A stretch of 50,768 nucleotides of DNA from positions 1-50,768 of the forward strand of contig LJUC01000001.1 of NCBI GenBank assembly GCA_001303695.1, read 5' to 3'. The stretch comes from Phycisphaerae bacterium SM23_30. GTDB taxonomy: Bacteria; Planctomycetota; Phycisphaerae; Sedimentisphaerales; SM23-30. The translations under genes were made by a program, and so were the position numbers. How positions within the stretch are numbered: the stretch's first letter is position 1; each line of letters starts with the position of its first letter. This document shows positions 18,527 through 28,106 of this stretch, in pieces. The notes under the pieces were generated by a model. That model saw only the letters and a program-made list of their open reading frames with translations. It searched no databases and had not been told where the DNA came from.

Positions 18527-20224
18527 ATGAATTGGGAGGAAAAAACCTTGGAAAATTCATCTGGATCCGAAACCAAGGCTTCTCCAGAATCCGTAAGTTG
18601 TGGAAGCCGACCGGCAGAAAGAAGATTTGCCGGTAGCAGCGGCAGCGGTGTCATTATATTCATCAATTTTATATCAGTGCTGTTGCTGTCCCTGATGTTA
18701 ATTACTTATAGGACTAATTGGCAGCTATTTCAATTTCCGCCTGGATTATCCCAGGGTTTGGCGTGCGTAGCTTTGACAATGACCGGTGTCTCGACCATTA
18801 TATATATTAGGGTGCTTCGTTATCGCCGTAAATTTAAAGCCATTGAAACCAATCTTTTGGCCATCTGCCGAACGGACGATTTTGAACAGGTTCTGCAACA
18901 AATGGAACCGTTTCCTGTGGGTTGGCGGATGCCTGACTTCGGTCGAGGATGGAATAATCTGGTCGGAGCTGTCGATCAGGTGCGGCACGGATGGCAACTC
19001 AAACAGGCGGAAAACAGCATGGGCCAATTCCTCTGCAGTTACGACGCCCAGAGGCTGCTGGGGCTGCTTGATTCATTATCGGACGGTATTGTTTTAGCCG
19101 ACGCCGACGGGAAGATTATTTTAGCCAATCGCGCCTGCGAAGGTAAGGTCAGCCGGCGTCTCAGCGAGTTTATCGGCGGTTCAATTACGGAGCTTTTTGA
19201 CGACCCCAACAGCAAAATCATTCTGGAAGAACTGATCAACTACAATAACCATCATACGAACGCCTCTTTTGAAGTGCTTGTTCCGCCCTGCCGGTCAACA
19301 GCAGCAGGGTCTGATAAAATCATCGAAGATTCAGAAGAACCAAATCAGAATCCCGCGCCTTTTAGTCCGGAAAATGTCGTCCGTTCCGGAGGCACCATAT
19401 TATGGATTTGTGGTCATAGATTGGCCGGGGAACGAGAAAACAGCGATATACTTCTGACCCTTCGGGATATCACCCAACGAAAGATAAGTGATGCCGGACA
19501 AGAAGCTTTTATCGCCCATGTCAGTCACGAAATGCGCAGTCCTTTGACCAACATTCGAGCGTACGCGGAGACGCTGCTCTCCGATATGGTGTTGGACGCC
19601 CGGACTCAGAAGGAAGCCTTCAATGTGATCAATGAGGAAACCTCCCGCTTAATCCGCCTGGTGAATGACGTTTTGGATTTATCCAGCATGGAGACCGGGA
19701 CGCTGACGCTGGACAAAGGAGAAGTGGCGCTGGATCGCCTCATTCGTCAGTGTGTTAACGACGTTCGCGCCGCCGCCAGTAGCAAGAAGATCACGCTGCA
19801 AAGTAATTATCATCCCAAGCTGCCTAACTTGCAGGCCGACCGCGAGAAACTGGCCCTGGTAATCAACAACATTCTTAGCAACGCCATTAAGTACACGCCG
19901 GAAACAGGTACGATTTTTATCGAAACCAACGTCGATGACCGTTATGTATATATCAAGGTTACGGACACGGGGATGGGCGTCGCCGAAAAAGATAGGGATA
20001 AAATTTTCGACAAATTCTATCGAGTACAGCGCCAGGAGACCGCCGATATTCCGGGCAGCGGTTTGGGATTATCAACCGCCAAAGAGATAGTCGCCTTGCA
20101 CGGCGGCGCCATCAACGTCATCAGTGAATTGAACAAAGGCACGGAGATGGAAGTTAAACTGCCGTTAACGACGACCGGTCCGGTGCTGGGCCCGGCGGCG
20201 AACCATAGCGCAGAAAGAGAATAA
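18527..20224 (+). CDS. membrane sensor histidine kinase (TM - PAS - HisKA - HATPase_c)
   Basis: ORF 18524..20224 (TTG immediately followed by ATG 18527). TM segments present. H-box HVSHEMRSPLTNI, N-box NNILSNAIKYTP, G-boxes DTGMGV and GSGLGLS. Confidence 0.85.
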   Translation: MNWEEKTLENSSGSETKASPESVSCGSRPAERRFAGSSGSGVIIFINFISVLLLSLMLITYRTNWQLFQFPPGLSQGLACVALTMTGVSTIIYIRVLRYRRKFKAIETNLLAICRTDDFEQVLQQMEPFPVGWRMPDFGRGWNNLVGAVDQVRHGWQLKQAENSMGQFLCSYDAQRLLGLLDSLSDGIVLADADGKIILANRACEGKVSRRLSEFIGGSITELFDDPNSKIILEELINYNNHHTNASFEVLVPPCRSTAAGSDKIIEDSEEPNQNPAPFSPENVVRSGGTILWICGHRLAGERENSDILLTLRDITQRKISDAGQEAFIAHVSHEMRSPLTNIRAYAETLLSDMVLDARTQKEAFNVINEETSRLIRLVNDVLDLSSMETGTLTLDKGEVALDRLIRQCVNDVRAAASSKKITLQSNYHPKLPNLQADREKLALVINNILSNAIKYTPETGTIFIETNVDDRYVYIKVTDTGMGVAEKDRDKIFDKFYRVQRQETADIPGSGLGLSTAKEIVALHGGAINVISELNKGTEMEVKLPLTTTGPVLGPAANHSAERE

Positions 20225-20260
20225 GCCTGGGCGGGACATAAATTTTCGAGGTGAGAAGAC

Positions 20261-21379
20261 ATGAAAAAACTTCGGCAAAACAACCCCCAGGAAAGTGATT
20301 ATCTACGCGGCATCCTCAACGAACTAAGCCTGATGCTAAGCAGCAATGACCTTAAAGAGCGCTATCAATGTTTTATCAGAGTGGTTGAAAGCAGTCTCGA
20401 ACATGCTCTGGGTTACTGTGGCGTCACTTTGTGGTGTCCTGACGAAGAGTGTGAAAATCTTATCGAATGTGTCATTGAGCCCTCGCGAACGAAAAGTCGC
20501 TTCCCCGCCGGCGCCGCCCCCTTACGCGTTCCCTGCCGCGTGCCTCTCGACTCGCAGGTTATTCGCGATTCATTGTTAACGGGAGAACCGTATCTGGGCC
20601 TGGTAAAAGGGGCCAACCAAGTGATGTTGGGCCGAACCCCGGAAGCGACTTTACAGTGTGACGCCTGTATTCCCTTATACCGCAACTACGGCCAACCTCT
20701 TCTTATCAGTGTAGAGCGGATCGAAGAAATGGGGCGAAAGTGCCGTCGTGAAGATTTCCAGGCGTCGGTGCAATTGATAAACCTTTTTTGGAAGCAACTG
20801 CAGAGCACCAACCAGCGGCAATGGCTGGTCGAACACGATCAGACCAGCGGCGCCCTGCGCGACGAAGTCTTTCTAAGACAGGGGCAAACATGGGCAAATA
20901 CTTATCAACGGCGTGACGAACCTTTTACTGTTGTGGTTATAACCGTCCGCGGTTTTCGCAGTATTTTTACGGGTAATTCCCAACAATGGCGCCGCCTGAG
21001 TAAAGTGGTAGGGCGGTGCCTGAACAAGGTTCTGCGTGAAAAGAGTTCGAAATATTTGTTGGGGAAAATGGCCGACGACGTTTTTGCCCTGATGTTGCCG
21101 AGTAAAGATAATTTCCTCACCGATGCGGTTATGCACACTCTGGCGGACCGCTTTGGTCAGGAGATGGTTAGCGATAAGGCTATTGAAACATTGGACATCT
21201 TAGCCGTCGATATTCAGTGGTCTATCGCCGACCATAACTCCTATGAGGGTAACCTGGAAATATTACTTAATAAGATATACCGACGCTTGTTCAGCCGTAA
21301 CCATGAAGATCATAAACACACTCATCGAATTATCCTGAATGAACAGAGCGGCACGGTGGAAATCCAGCCATGCAAATAA
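20261..21379 (+). CDS. GAF-like / degenerate GGDEF-like domain protein (predicted catalytically inactive)
   Basis: The C-terminal half follows the GGDEF-domain layout. DQTSGALRDEVFL corresponds to D.LTGL.NR..F; FTVVVITVRGFRSI to the DxD-FK strand; GKMADDVFALMLP to R-GGDEF-avlLP. The GGDEF motif is replaced by MADDV and no RxxD I-site is present. This is a by-eye alignment only. Confidence 0.5.
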   Translation: MKKLRQNNPQESDYLRGILNELSLMLSSNDLKERYQCFIRVVESSLEHALGYCGVTLWCPDEECENLIECVIEPSRTKSRFPAGAAPLRVPCRVPLDSQVIRDSLLTGEPYLGLVKGANQVMLGRTPEATLQCDACIPLYRNYGQPLLISVERIEEMGRKCRREDFQASVQLINLFWKQLQSTNQRQWLVEHDQTSGALRDEVFLRQGQTWANTYQRRDEPFTVVVITVRGFRSIFTGNSQQWRRLSKVVGRCLNKVLREKSSKYLLGKMADDVFALMLPSKDNFLTDAVMHTLADRFGQEMVSDKAIETLDILAVDIQWSIADHNSYEGNLEILLNKIYRRLFSRNHEDHKHTHRIILNEQSGTVEIQPCK

Positions 21380-21705
21380 CCGTTAGTAATGAAGGGGCGG
21401 TAACCGTCGTTAAGCCCGTGGGGCCGATCACGGCGGGAGAACTGGAGGAACTGGACAAAAAGCTGGATAGTTTAAACCGAAATTGGACCAAACGCGTAGT
21501 TATAAACATGAGCGAAGTTGCTTTTATTGACAGCGCCGGTTTGGAACTTTTCATCCGTTATCAGAAGCAGCTAGACGAACGGGGATTAAAACTGAAATTA
21601 TGCGGTATGAACGAAATAACCCAGAAGATTTTTGATATAACTCAGCTTTCGCGTTTTTTTGAGATATTTGCCGATACCACCGGCGCAGTACGGAGTTTCT
21701 TGTGA
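21370..21705 (+). CDS. STAS domain protein (anti-sigma-factor antagonist / SpoIIAA-like)
   Basis: 111 aa. VINMSEVAFIDSAGLELFIRYQK is the typical STAS core. Overlaps the upstream gene by 10 nt and the downstream ATPase start by 4 nt (GTGA). Confidence 0.8.
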   Translation: MQITVSNEGAVTVVKPVGPITAGELEELDKKLDSLNRNWTKRVVINMSEVAFIDSAGLELFIRYQKQLDERGLKLKLCGMNEITQKIFDITQLSRFFEIFADTTGAVRSFL

Positions 21706-23456
21706 AACTATTATCACAAACCATCAAAATAGGCCAGATACTGATTCAGCAAGGCCACTTAACCGAAGGGCAGCTTCAAGAGGCTCTGAAGCGACAAAAG
21801 AACACGCGTAAGAAGCTCGGGGAGTTGCTGGTAGAGGAAAAGATTGTCGAGGAGTCGGTGATGCTGGAATGCTTGTCGGAGCGTCTGGGTCTGCCGGCCG
21901 TTAAGCTGCGGCCGGGATTAATCGATCCCTTAGCGGTGGACATCATCAGCAAGGATCTGGCTGAGCGTTATACCATCATACCGATGTTCAAGGTGGAGCA
22001 GACCCTCACGGTGGCTATGGCCGAACCGCAGGCCCTGCTGGTAGTGGATGATCTGGAACAATCCACGGATTTGCAAATTCAACCGGTGATCGCTCTGGCC
22101 GGCAATATCAATGAGTTCATTAAAAAATACTACGCCCAAAACGTAAAAATGGATAGTTTTGTCGCATCCCTGGAAGATGCCCAGGTGCAGGTGGTGGAAA
22201 AAGAAGCCTATGATGAAGAAGCGATTATTGATTTATCGGAAATCTCCGAAGGCAGCCCCGTGGTCAACCTGGTGAATATGAGCCTCATGCAGGCGGTTAA
22301 GGAAGGCGCCTCCGATATTCATGTCGAACCCGATGAAAATTTCGTCCGAATACGTTATCGAATTGATGGGGTACTGCATGACCTGATGACGCCGCCGAAA
22401 GAATGGCACGCGGCAATCATCTCGCGCATCAAGGTTATGGGACGCATGGACATCGCGGAAAAGCGAGTTCCTCAGGAAGGGCGAATTCACATCAGAGTCG
22501 AAGATCGAGAAGTGGACGTGCGCCTTTCATCGATGCCGACCATTCTCGGGGAAAAGGTCGTCATGCGAATTTTGGATAAAAGCAACCTGCAACTGAACCT
22601 GGACAAGCTCGGCTATGAAATACAGATGGTACGGGCCCTCAAACGGATGTTGACCCGCCCCCACGGTCTGTTTTTAGTGACCGGTCCCACCGGCAGCGGC
22701 AAAACCACCACCCTGTATTCAGCCTTGGACCTGCTCCGCAACAAAGATCGCAACATTATCACCATCGAGGACCCGGTGGAGTATCAGTTAGAACTGGTTA
22801 ACCAAATCCAGGTGCATGAAGCGGTAGGTTTGACTTTTGCCCGTACTTTAAGGTCGGCATTGCGTCAGGATCCGGACATCATCATGGTTGGCGAGATTCG
22901 TGACGAAGAGACGGCCAAAGTGGCCATTCAAGCGGCCTTGACCGGGCATCTGGTGCTGAGCACGCTACATACCAACGATAGTCCCGGCGCCGTTACTCGG
23001 CTGCTGAACATGGGTTGTGAACCTTATCTGCTGGCGTCCTGCCTGGTAGGCGTCGTGGCCCAGCGGTTGCTGCGCACCATCTGCCCCAAGTGTAAAACAA
23101 CCTATTTCCCCGAGGAATCGGTGTTGGATGAAATCAATTGGCAGGGACCCCGCAACCGCGCTTTTCATCGAGGTGAAGGTTGTCAGCTATGCCATGACAG
23201 CGGCTTTAAAGGACGACGCGCCATTTGTGAAGTGCTGGAAATGACTCTGCCAATTCGGGATCTGATATTAACCCGCCCCAGTGCCGATGAAATTAAAGCC
23301 CTGTTGAAAAAAGGCCCCTGGCGTGACCTCCGGCAGGCCGGCATGCTCTGCGTCGAACAAGGGATAACCAGTATCGAGGAAATGATGCGCGTCTGCTTCA
23401 TCGAAGAAGAATCGACTAGTGATAAAAAAGAACTCGTCGCCGAAGTATCCGAGTAA
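21702..23456 (+). CDS. gspE: type II secretion / type IV pilus assembly ATPase (GspE/PilB/MshE family) with MshEN-like N-terminal domain
   Basis: Walker A GPTGSGKTTT. Walker B IIMVGEIRD. His box GHLVLSTLHTND. Tetracysteine CPKC...CQLC. The N-terminus carries two 24-aa MshEN-type motifs separated by a 5-aa spacer (residues 9-61). Confidence 0.9.
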   Translation: MKLLSQTIKIGQILIQQGHLTEGQLQEALKRQKNTRKKLGELLVEEKIVEESVMLECLSERLGLPAVKLRPGLIDPLAVDIISKDLAERYTIIPMFKVEQTLTVAMAEPQALLVVDDLEQSTDLQIQPVIALAGNINEFIKKYYAQNVKMDSFVASLEDAQVQVVEKEAYDEEAIIDLSEISEGSPVVNLVNMSLMQAVKEGASDIHVEPDENFVRIRYRIDGVLHDLMTPPKEWHAAIISRIKVMGRMDIAEKRVPQEGRIHIRVEDREVDVRLSSMPTILGEKVVMRILDKSNLQLNLDKLGYEIQMVRALKRMLTRPHGLFLVTGPTGSGKTTTLYSALDLLRNKDRNIITIEDPVEYQLELVNQIQVHEAVGLTFARTLRSALRQDPDIIMVGEIRDEETAKVAIQAALTGHLVLSTLHTNDSPGAVTRLLNMGCEPYLLASCLVGVVAQRLLRTICPKCKTTYFPEESVLDEINWQGPRNRAFHRGEGCQLCHDSGFKGRRAICEVLEMTLPIRDLILTRPSADEIKALLKKGPWRDLRQAGMLCVEQGITSIEEMMRVCFIEEESTSDKKELVAEVSE

Positions 23457-23460
23457 AATT

Positions 23461-24708
23461 ATGATCGTTAATTATCAAGCCATAGATCGCACCGGAGCCT
23501 TGGTCAACGACAATTTGGTTGTCGAAGATGCATCTCAGGCTTATGGACAACTGACCCGCAACGGATTAATACCGGTGCGCATCACCGCCCAGAAATCCAA
23601 ACCCATTTGTCAGGCTCAGGGCGGATCTGGGCTTTTTAGTCGATGGGGATTTTCTCGGGTGCCGCGAAAGGACCGGGCCCGCCGAAAGGAACTGCCTTTT
23701 TTCACGGAGCAAATGGCCATTTTACTGGAAACCGGCACCCCAGTGGCGGCTTCCCTTAGTGCTTTAGAACGGCAATTAACCGATCCCCATTGGCGTTTAC
23801 TGGTGAGCCAACTAAAGAAAAAAGTATTGGAGGGGGGGTCATTGGCCTCCGCCGTAGCCGCCCACCCTAAGGTTTTTGATCCGATATACAGCAGCATGAT
23901 CGCGGCCGGGGAAGCCTCCGGTACTCTTTCCACTATATTAAATCGGTTGGCGCAGCTTTCCCGACAATCAGATCGCCTGCGCCACAAAGTTATTTCTGCC
24001 ATGATATACCCCGCCTTGCTTACTTCTATCGCTTTTACGGTGATGGGAGTGCTTATCTTTTTTGTACTGCCGCGTTTTGCCGTCATTTTTGAAGAAATGA
24101 GTGTAAACCTGCCGGGCACTACTAAAGCGCTGTTAACGATATCCAGGCTGGTTCGCAGCCATATTCTGGTAACGATACTCTCATCGGCAATGGTGGTTGC
24201 GGGTATTATCATCTTTTTGCGCAGCCAAAGAGGTCGGCGATTTGTTGCCCGCAATGTGTTGAAACTGCCCATTTTCGGCTCTCTCGTATCGTCGATCCAT
24301 AATGCCCGGATATGCCGATTGATTGGTTTGCTAATCGAGTCTAGTGTTCCCCTTTTAGAAGCGCTGGAATTAACCTGTTCTTCCGTCAAACACTATATGT
24401 ATGCTGAACTGTTGAAAAAAATACACCAGAGCGTTCTCAACGGTCAGTCCATGCATGAGGTCATGTCGGAAAGCAAGCTGGTGCCGGCCAGTATCACCCA
24501 GATGATTCACACCGCCGAAGAAAACGCCCAGGTAGGTAGAGTTATGACGCTGCTGGCGGATCATCTCGACGACCGTAATGAAACCCAGATCGGAACCTTA
24601 ACGAGTATTATGGAACCCGTGATCCTTATTTTCATGGGTATAATTATCGGTATGGTGGCTATATCTTTGGTGCTGCCGCTCTTTGATCTATCTCGAATTT
24701 CCGCATAG
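23461..24708 (+). CDS. gspF: type II secretion / type IV pilus platform protein (GspF/PilC family)
   Basis: ORF 23419..24708, with ATG 23461 just after the gspE stop. About 415 aa, three TM segments and the duplicated T2SSF-type cytoplasmic domain layout. Confidence 0.85.
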   Translation: MIVNYQAIDRTGALVNDNLVVEDASQAYGQLTRNGLIPVRITAQKSKPICQAQGGSGLFSRWGFSRVPRKDRARRKELPFFTEQMAILLETGTPVAASLSALERQLTDPHWRLLVSQLKKKVLEGGSLASAVAAHPKVFDPIYSSMIAAGEASGTLSTILNRLAQLSRQSDRLRHKVISAMIYPALLTSIAFTVMGVLIFFVLPRFAVIFEEMSVNLPGTTKALLTISRLVRSHILVTILSSAMVVAGIIIFLRSQRGRRFVARNVLKLPIFGSLVSSIHNARICRLIGLLIESSVPLLEALELTCSSVKHYMYAELLKKIHQSVLNGQSMHEVMSESKLVPASITQMIHTAEENAQVGRVMTLLADHLDDRNETQIGTLTSIMEPVILIFMGIIIGMVAISLVLPLFDLSRISA

Positions 24709-24719
24709 AGATCAACATA

Positions 24720-25982
24720 ATGCCACATAGGATCGGAAGAAAATATTCAGCCATTGGCCTGGATTTGGGCCGAACCGCCATCCGTGGCGTACAATTGATG
24801 CGACAGGGAAAATCACTGAATATCCATGCCGCCTTGGAAGTTAGTGTGGTGGAGAGTTACGGTTCACAGTTCGCATCTTTTGTTGAGCCTGAAGTCGATA
24901 AGTCTTGCCTTGCCGATAAACTTAAACGTCTTTTGGGGCATGGTGATTTCATAGGTCGAGATGTAATGGTGCACTGTCCGGCCGACAAACTGGATCTCCG
25001 TCCGGTGAAATTGCCGGCCGCCGGCTCCATACTACCCCGACAGGCGGTTTTAGGAGTCTTGCGTTTGCAAATGGGCAGTCACCTGCCCTTTCCCGTTGAA
25101 CAGGCGGTGTTTGATTACTTTCGGATGGATAGTGACCCTGCCGGCAATACCCTTCGAGTAATGGCCATAACAGCCGACGGCGCATGGATCAAACAACGTA
25201 TCAAATTAGTGGAATCTCAGGGATTACATTGCCTCGGGGTGGATGCCCTGCCCTGTGTTTTGGCCAGAGTCAGCCTTGGGGCCGACTCAAGCAAGGAAAA
25301 AGAGTTGAATCGTGAAATTAATAATTGTGATAGTCAGGATGATGAAATATCAACAACCGAGATTCTTATTGGCATTCTGGATATAGGTTTTTCCGGCAGC
25401 ACCCTGGTTGTTCGTAATAGTCAAAATCCCATTTTCTGTCGCCGGTTTTCCCTGGCCGGACTGGAGATGAACAGTATTTTGACTCAGCGTCTAGGAGTGA
25501 ATTTCGGCATAGCAGAAAATCTCAAACGGAGCTATGGACTTGATTGCCAAACCCGGCAGTTACGAACTACCCGCAACGGCTCCGACCAGGCGGCTTCCAT
25601 GGCGGCCGAGGCGAATGACAAAGTGGCGACGGGACCGGTAGTAGCAGTTGAAAAAACGGATGAACAAAAGGCGGAAGTCGCCAAAACTATTTACGCCGCC
25701 CTCCAGAGCGAGTTAGGCCATTTTGTCAAAGGATTAACTCGCTCACTCAACTACGTCATCACCGACCATGGCAGCGCCCGACTGGGAAAAATTGTGCTCT
25801 GTGGTTCGGCCGCTCATACTAAAAACTTGGAAAAGTTTTTAACACAGCAGTTTGAACTGCCGGTGGAAATAATTCGGCATCCTTTGTTAACGGAAATTGC
25901 CGAGAATCTGCCTGCCTCTCGGGCCCAGGTCGGTAGTTGGGCTACCGCGCTGGGCTTGGCTTTGTCAAAGGAGATGGCTTGA
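24720..25982 (+). CDS. pilM: PilM-like actin-fold pilus assembly protein
   Basis: IGLDLGRTAIRGVQL and ILDIGFSGSTLVV phosphate-binding-type motifs of the actin/Hsp70 fold. Sits immediately upstream of PilN- and PilO-like genes. Confidence 0.75.
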   Translation: MPHRIGRKYSAIGLDLGRTAIRGVQLMRQGKSLNIHAALEVSVVESYGSQFASFVEPEVDKSCLADKLKRLLGHGDFIGRDVMVHCPADKLDLRPVKLPAAGSILPRQAVLGVLRLQMGSHLPFPVEQAVFDYFRMDSDPAGNTLRVMAITADGAWIKQRIKLVESQGLHCLGVDALPCVLARVSLGADSSKEKELNREINNCDSQDDEISTTEILIGILDIGFSGSTLVVRNSQNPIFCRRFSLAGLEMNSILTQRLGVNFGIAENLKRSYGLDCQTRQLRTTRNGSDQAASMAAEANDKVATGPVVAVEKTDEQKAEVAKTIYAALQSELGHFVKGLTRSLNYVITDHGSARLGKIVLCGSAAHTKNLEKFLTQQFELPVEIIRHPLLTEIAENLPASRAQVGSWATALGLALSKEMA

Positions 25983-25983
25983 T

Positions 25984-26658
25984 ATGGTAGCGGTGAATCT
26001 TACTCCTGATGAATTTAAGACCGCCCAAAAGCGGCGGCAACGCTTGCGTTTTTGGGTATTGATGCTGCTGGCGGTTGCCATAACGGCGGGGGGCTGGGCA
26101 ACTATGATATATTTCGATTATCGGCGGGCGAATCAGACCCTGCATAGAATCACCCGGGAATATCAAGACCTGCAACATACTATTAAAGCGCTCGGTCAGG
26201 TGCGGAATCGGCTTGACCTTTGGCAGGATCGTATCGCCTTGCTTAATGAATTAAATCATTACCATGATTTTGTCAGAGTCACTGACTACCTCACGCAGCA
26301 TAGTCCTGATTTAATATATTTAGAGCAAATGAAATTCTGGCGGCCTGATAAGCCGCAAAGCACGGACCAACCCAAAACTCAATCTAAAGCGGCGCATATG
26401 TTTATATTGAAACACGGTGCCGAGGGCGAGGCTGTCGCGGCGACCGACACGAATATCGAACCCATTATGATATCTCTAAAAGGAAGATCGGTCAATTATC
26501 AGGCGGTGGCCGATTATTTGCAGATGCTAAGCTCGGCCGACATCATTGCCGGGGCCCAGTTAAAATACAGCCGTCGTCAATCCGCCTTATCATCGGAAAC
26601 CGGCGAAATCGTCGATTTTGAAATCGAGGCCCGGTTGCTTCCGATGCTTTCTCCATAG
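25984..26658 (+). CDS. pilN: PilN-like bitopic pilus/secretion alignment protein
   Basis: ORF 25897..26658, with ATG 25984 one nt after the pilM stop. N-terminal MVAVNLTPDEFK...RLRFWVLMLLAVAITAGGWA matches the PilN NLLP + TM pattern, followed by a coiled coil. Confidence 0.6.
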   Translation: MVAVNLTPDEFKTAQKRRQRLRFWVLMLLAVAITAGGWATMIYFDYRRANQTLHRITREYQDLQHTIKALGQVRNRLDLWQDRIALLNELNHYHDFVRVTDYLTQHSPDLIYLEQMKFWRPDKPQSTDQPKTQSKAAHMFILKHGAEGEAVAATDTNIEPIMISLKGRSVNYQAVADYLQMLSSADIIAGAQLKYSRRQSALSSETGEIVDFEIEARLLPMLSP

Positions 26659-26659
26659 G

Positions 26660-27214
26660 ATGTGGTATATGTTGATATGTAAAAAACCAAAAATTTTTGA
26701 CGTTGATCTTTACGCCCTTGCCGCCTTTGTCGGCTTTTGCGCTCTGACGTGGTTGGCGCTGATTAAGCCTCTGAATGAAAAAGTATCCCAGCAGCATCTG
26801 GATCAGGAAGAACAAAGGCTAAATAAAGAATCGGCACAAACCAAGCTGGTAAACCTCCAAGAATTGACCCGTCAAGAACAGGTTTTGGCCTCGAGGTTGA
26901 AGCAAACCAGAAACATTCTGGGTGATAATGCCGCAATACCTGAAGCGATAAGAAATATGGAACGTCTGTGCCGGCTTTGCGGGCTGCGCCTTGATGAAAT
27001 CAATCCGGGAGAAGATACTTTCACCCAACATTTCCGCAAAACCGGCTTGCATCTGCGCCTGAGCGGCACCTTCCCCCAGGGACAGGCGCTTTTGACTCAA
27101 ATCAGAGAAGAACTGTATTACGTGCGCATTAAATCCATGTTAGTGACTATGAAAGATACCCAGCTAAACCTGTGCGAGATAGTTATCGATTTGGACATTT
27201 TCAGTGCCCGGTGA
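26660..27214 (+). CDS. pilO: PilO-like bitopic alignment protein
   Basis: ORF 26618..27214, with ATG 26660 one nt after the pilN stop. TM segment LYALAAFVGFCALTWLALI, coiled coil and a small C-terminal domain. Assigned by position and topology. Confidence 0.5.
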   Translation: MWYMLICKKPKIFDVDLYALAAFVGFCALTWLALIKPLNEKVSQQHLDQEEQRLNKESAQTKLVNLQELTRQEQVLASRLKQTRNILGDNAAIPEAIRNMERLCRLCGLRLDEINPGEDTFTQHFRKTGLHLRLSGTFPQGQALLTQIREELYYVRIKSMLVTMKDTQLNLCEIVIDLDIFSAR

Positions 27215-27270
27215 CATTTGGAGATGCTCTGTTAAAAACTAAGAGCATCATATAATAAGGTCGCATTACC

Positions 27271-27888
27271 ATGACGAAATCACGAAAGATTTACGTCGGC
27301 ATCTTAATAACGGCGATCAGCGCCCTTATATTTGATAAAGCGGTATTGCGCCCTTCGGTGAGCGAGCCTCAAACTACCCTGGCGCGCCCCGCCCAATCCC
27401 CAACGCCGGACACTAACGTCGCACCTCCGGTTGAGAAACCTCTCGACCAGCAATTCCCCTTTCCTGTTTCTCCCGTTCTATCTGCTACTACTTCCCTGTC
27501 TGCCGAAACAACGTCGGGGACGGCCAATAATTCAACCCTTTCCCTTAAAGAAGCAGTGCATAAAGTACTGCACGCCATAGGGAGCGGGCTTGCCCCGCCG
27601 GAAGTTCCCCATGAAACCAGAGATTTGTTTGCTGCTTCTGATGAATTTCTATCGGCCCTTCGTAACAATTCCCCGCTCCAGGACGATCAAAAAGCACCTC
27701 CAATACCCACCATGACCTTGCACTTGACGGGTATATTAATCGGGCCTGAAAATCGCTGCGCTGTAATTAATAACGAAGTGCTGTTTTGCGGTCAGAATAT
27801 AGGACCCTATCAAGTTCTGGAGATATATCCCGATCAGGTCATACTGGCGATACAATCGGAACGTATAACCTTGTTTCTTGATAAATAA
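27271..27888 (+). CDS. PilP / GspC-like protein (TM anchor, Pro/Ser/Thr-rich linker, small beta domain)
   Basis: N-terminal TM helix. Low-complexity linker rich in P, S and T. C-terminal TLHLTGILIGPENRCAVINNEVLFCGQNIGPYQVLEIYPDQVILAI resembles the PilP/GspC HR-domain pattern. Confidence 0.4.
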   Translation: MTKSRKIYVGILITAISALIFDKAVLRPSVSEPQTTLARPAQSPTPDTNVAPPVEKPLDQQFPFPVSPVLSATTSLSAETTSGTANNSTLSLKEAVHKVLHAIGSGLAPPEVPHETRDLFAASDEFLSALRNNSPLQDDQKAPPIPTMTLHLTGILIGPENRCAVINNEVLFCGQNIGPYQVLEIYPDQVILAIQSERITLFLDK

Positions 27889-28106
27889 CTTGCCTCGGAC
27901 CTTCGGTCTTTAGCCCTAACCTCCTGCGGTCGCCATTAATATTGGTATTGACGAGGTTTTTGCAAAACTTCGGTATTGATATAAATCTGGCGGCGGTGAT
28001 ACCCGATATAAAATAACGGTTCCTGTGAAATAATATGCCTACTATCGTTTTAGCAAATTCAGACATTTGATGAATATAAGAAAAAGCGAATAAAGGAGAA
28101 ACTCAT

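Noticed and set aside
23616-24389. 257-aa ORF on the minus strand
   Set aside because: It is antisense to the GspF platform gene, so it is a shadow ORF. It has no start-site support.
27944-27970. Reading the TTGCA core of the recurrent motif as the -12 element of sigma54 promoters (common for pilin genes)
   Set aside because: No GG dinucleotide lies at the required 10-nt spacing upstream of the GC at any of the motif copies (27962, 28767, 50199, 40928).
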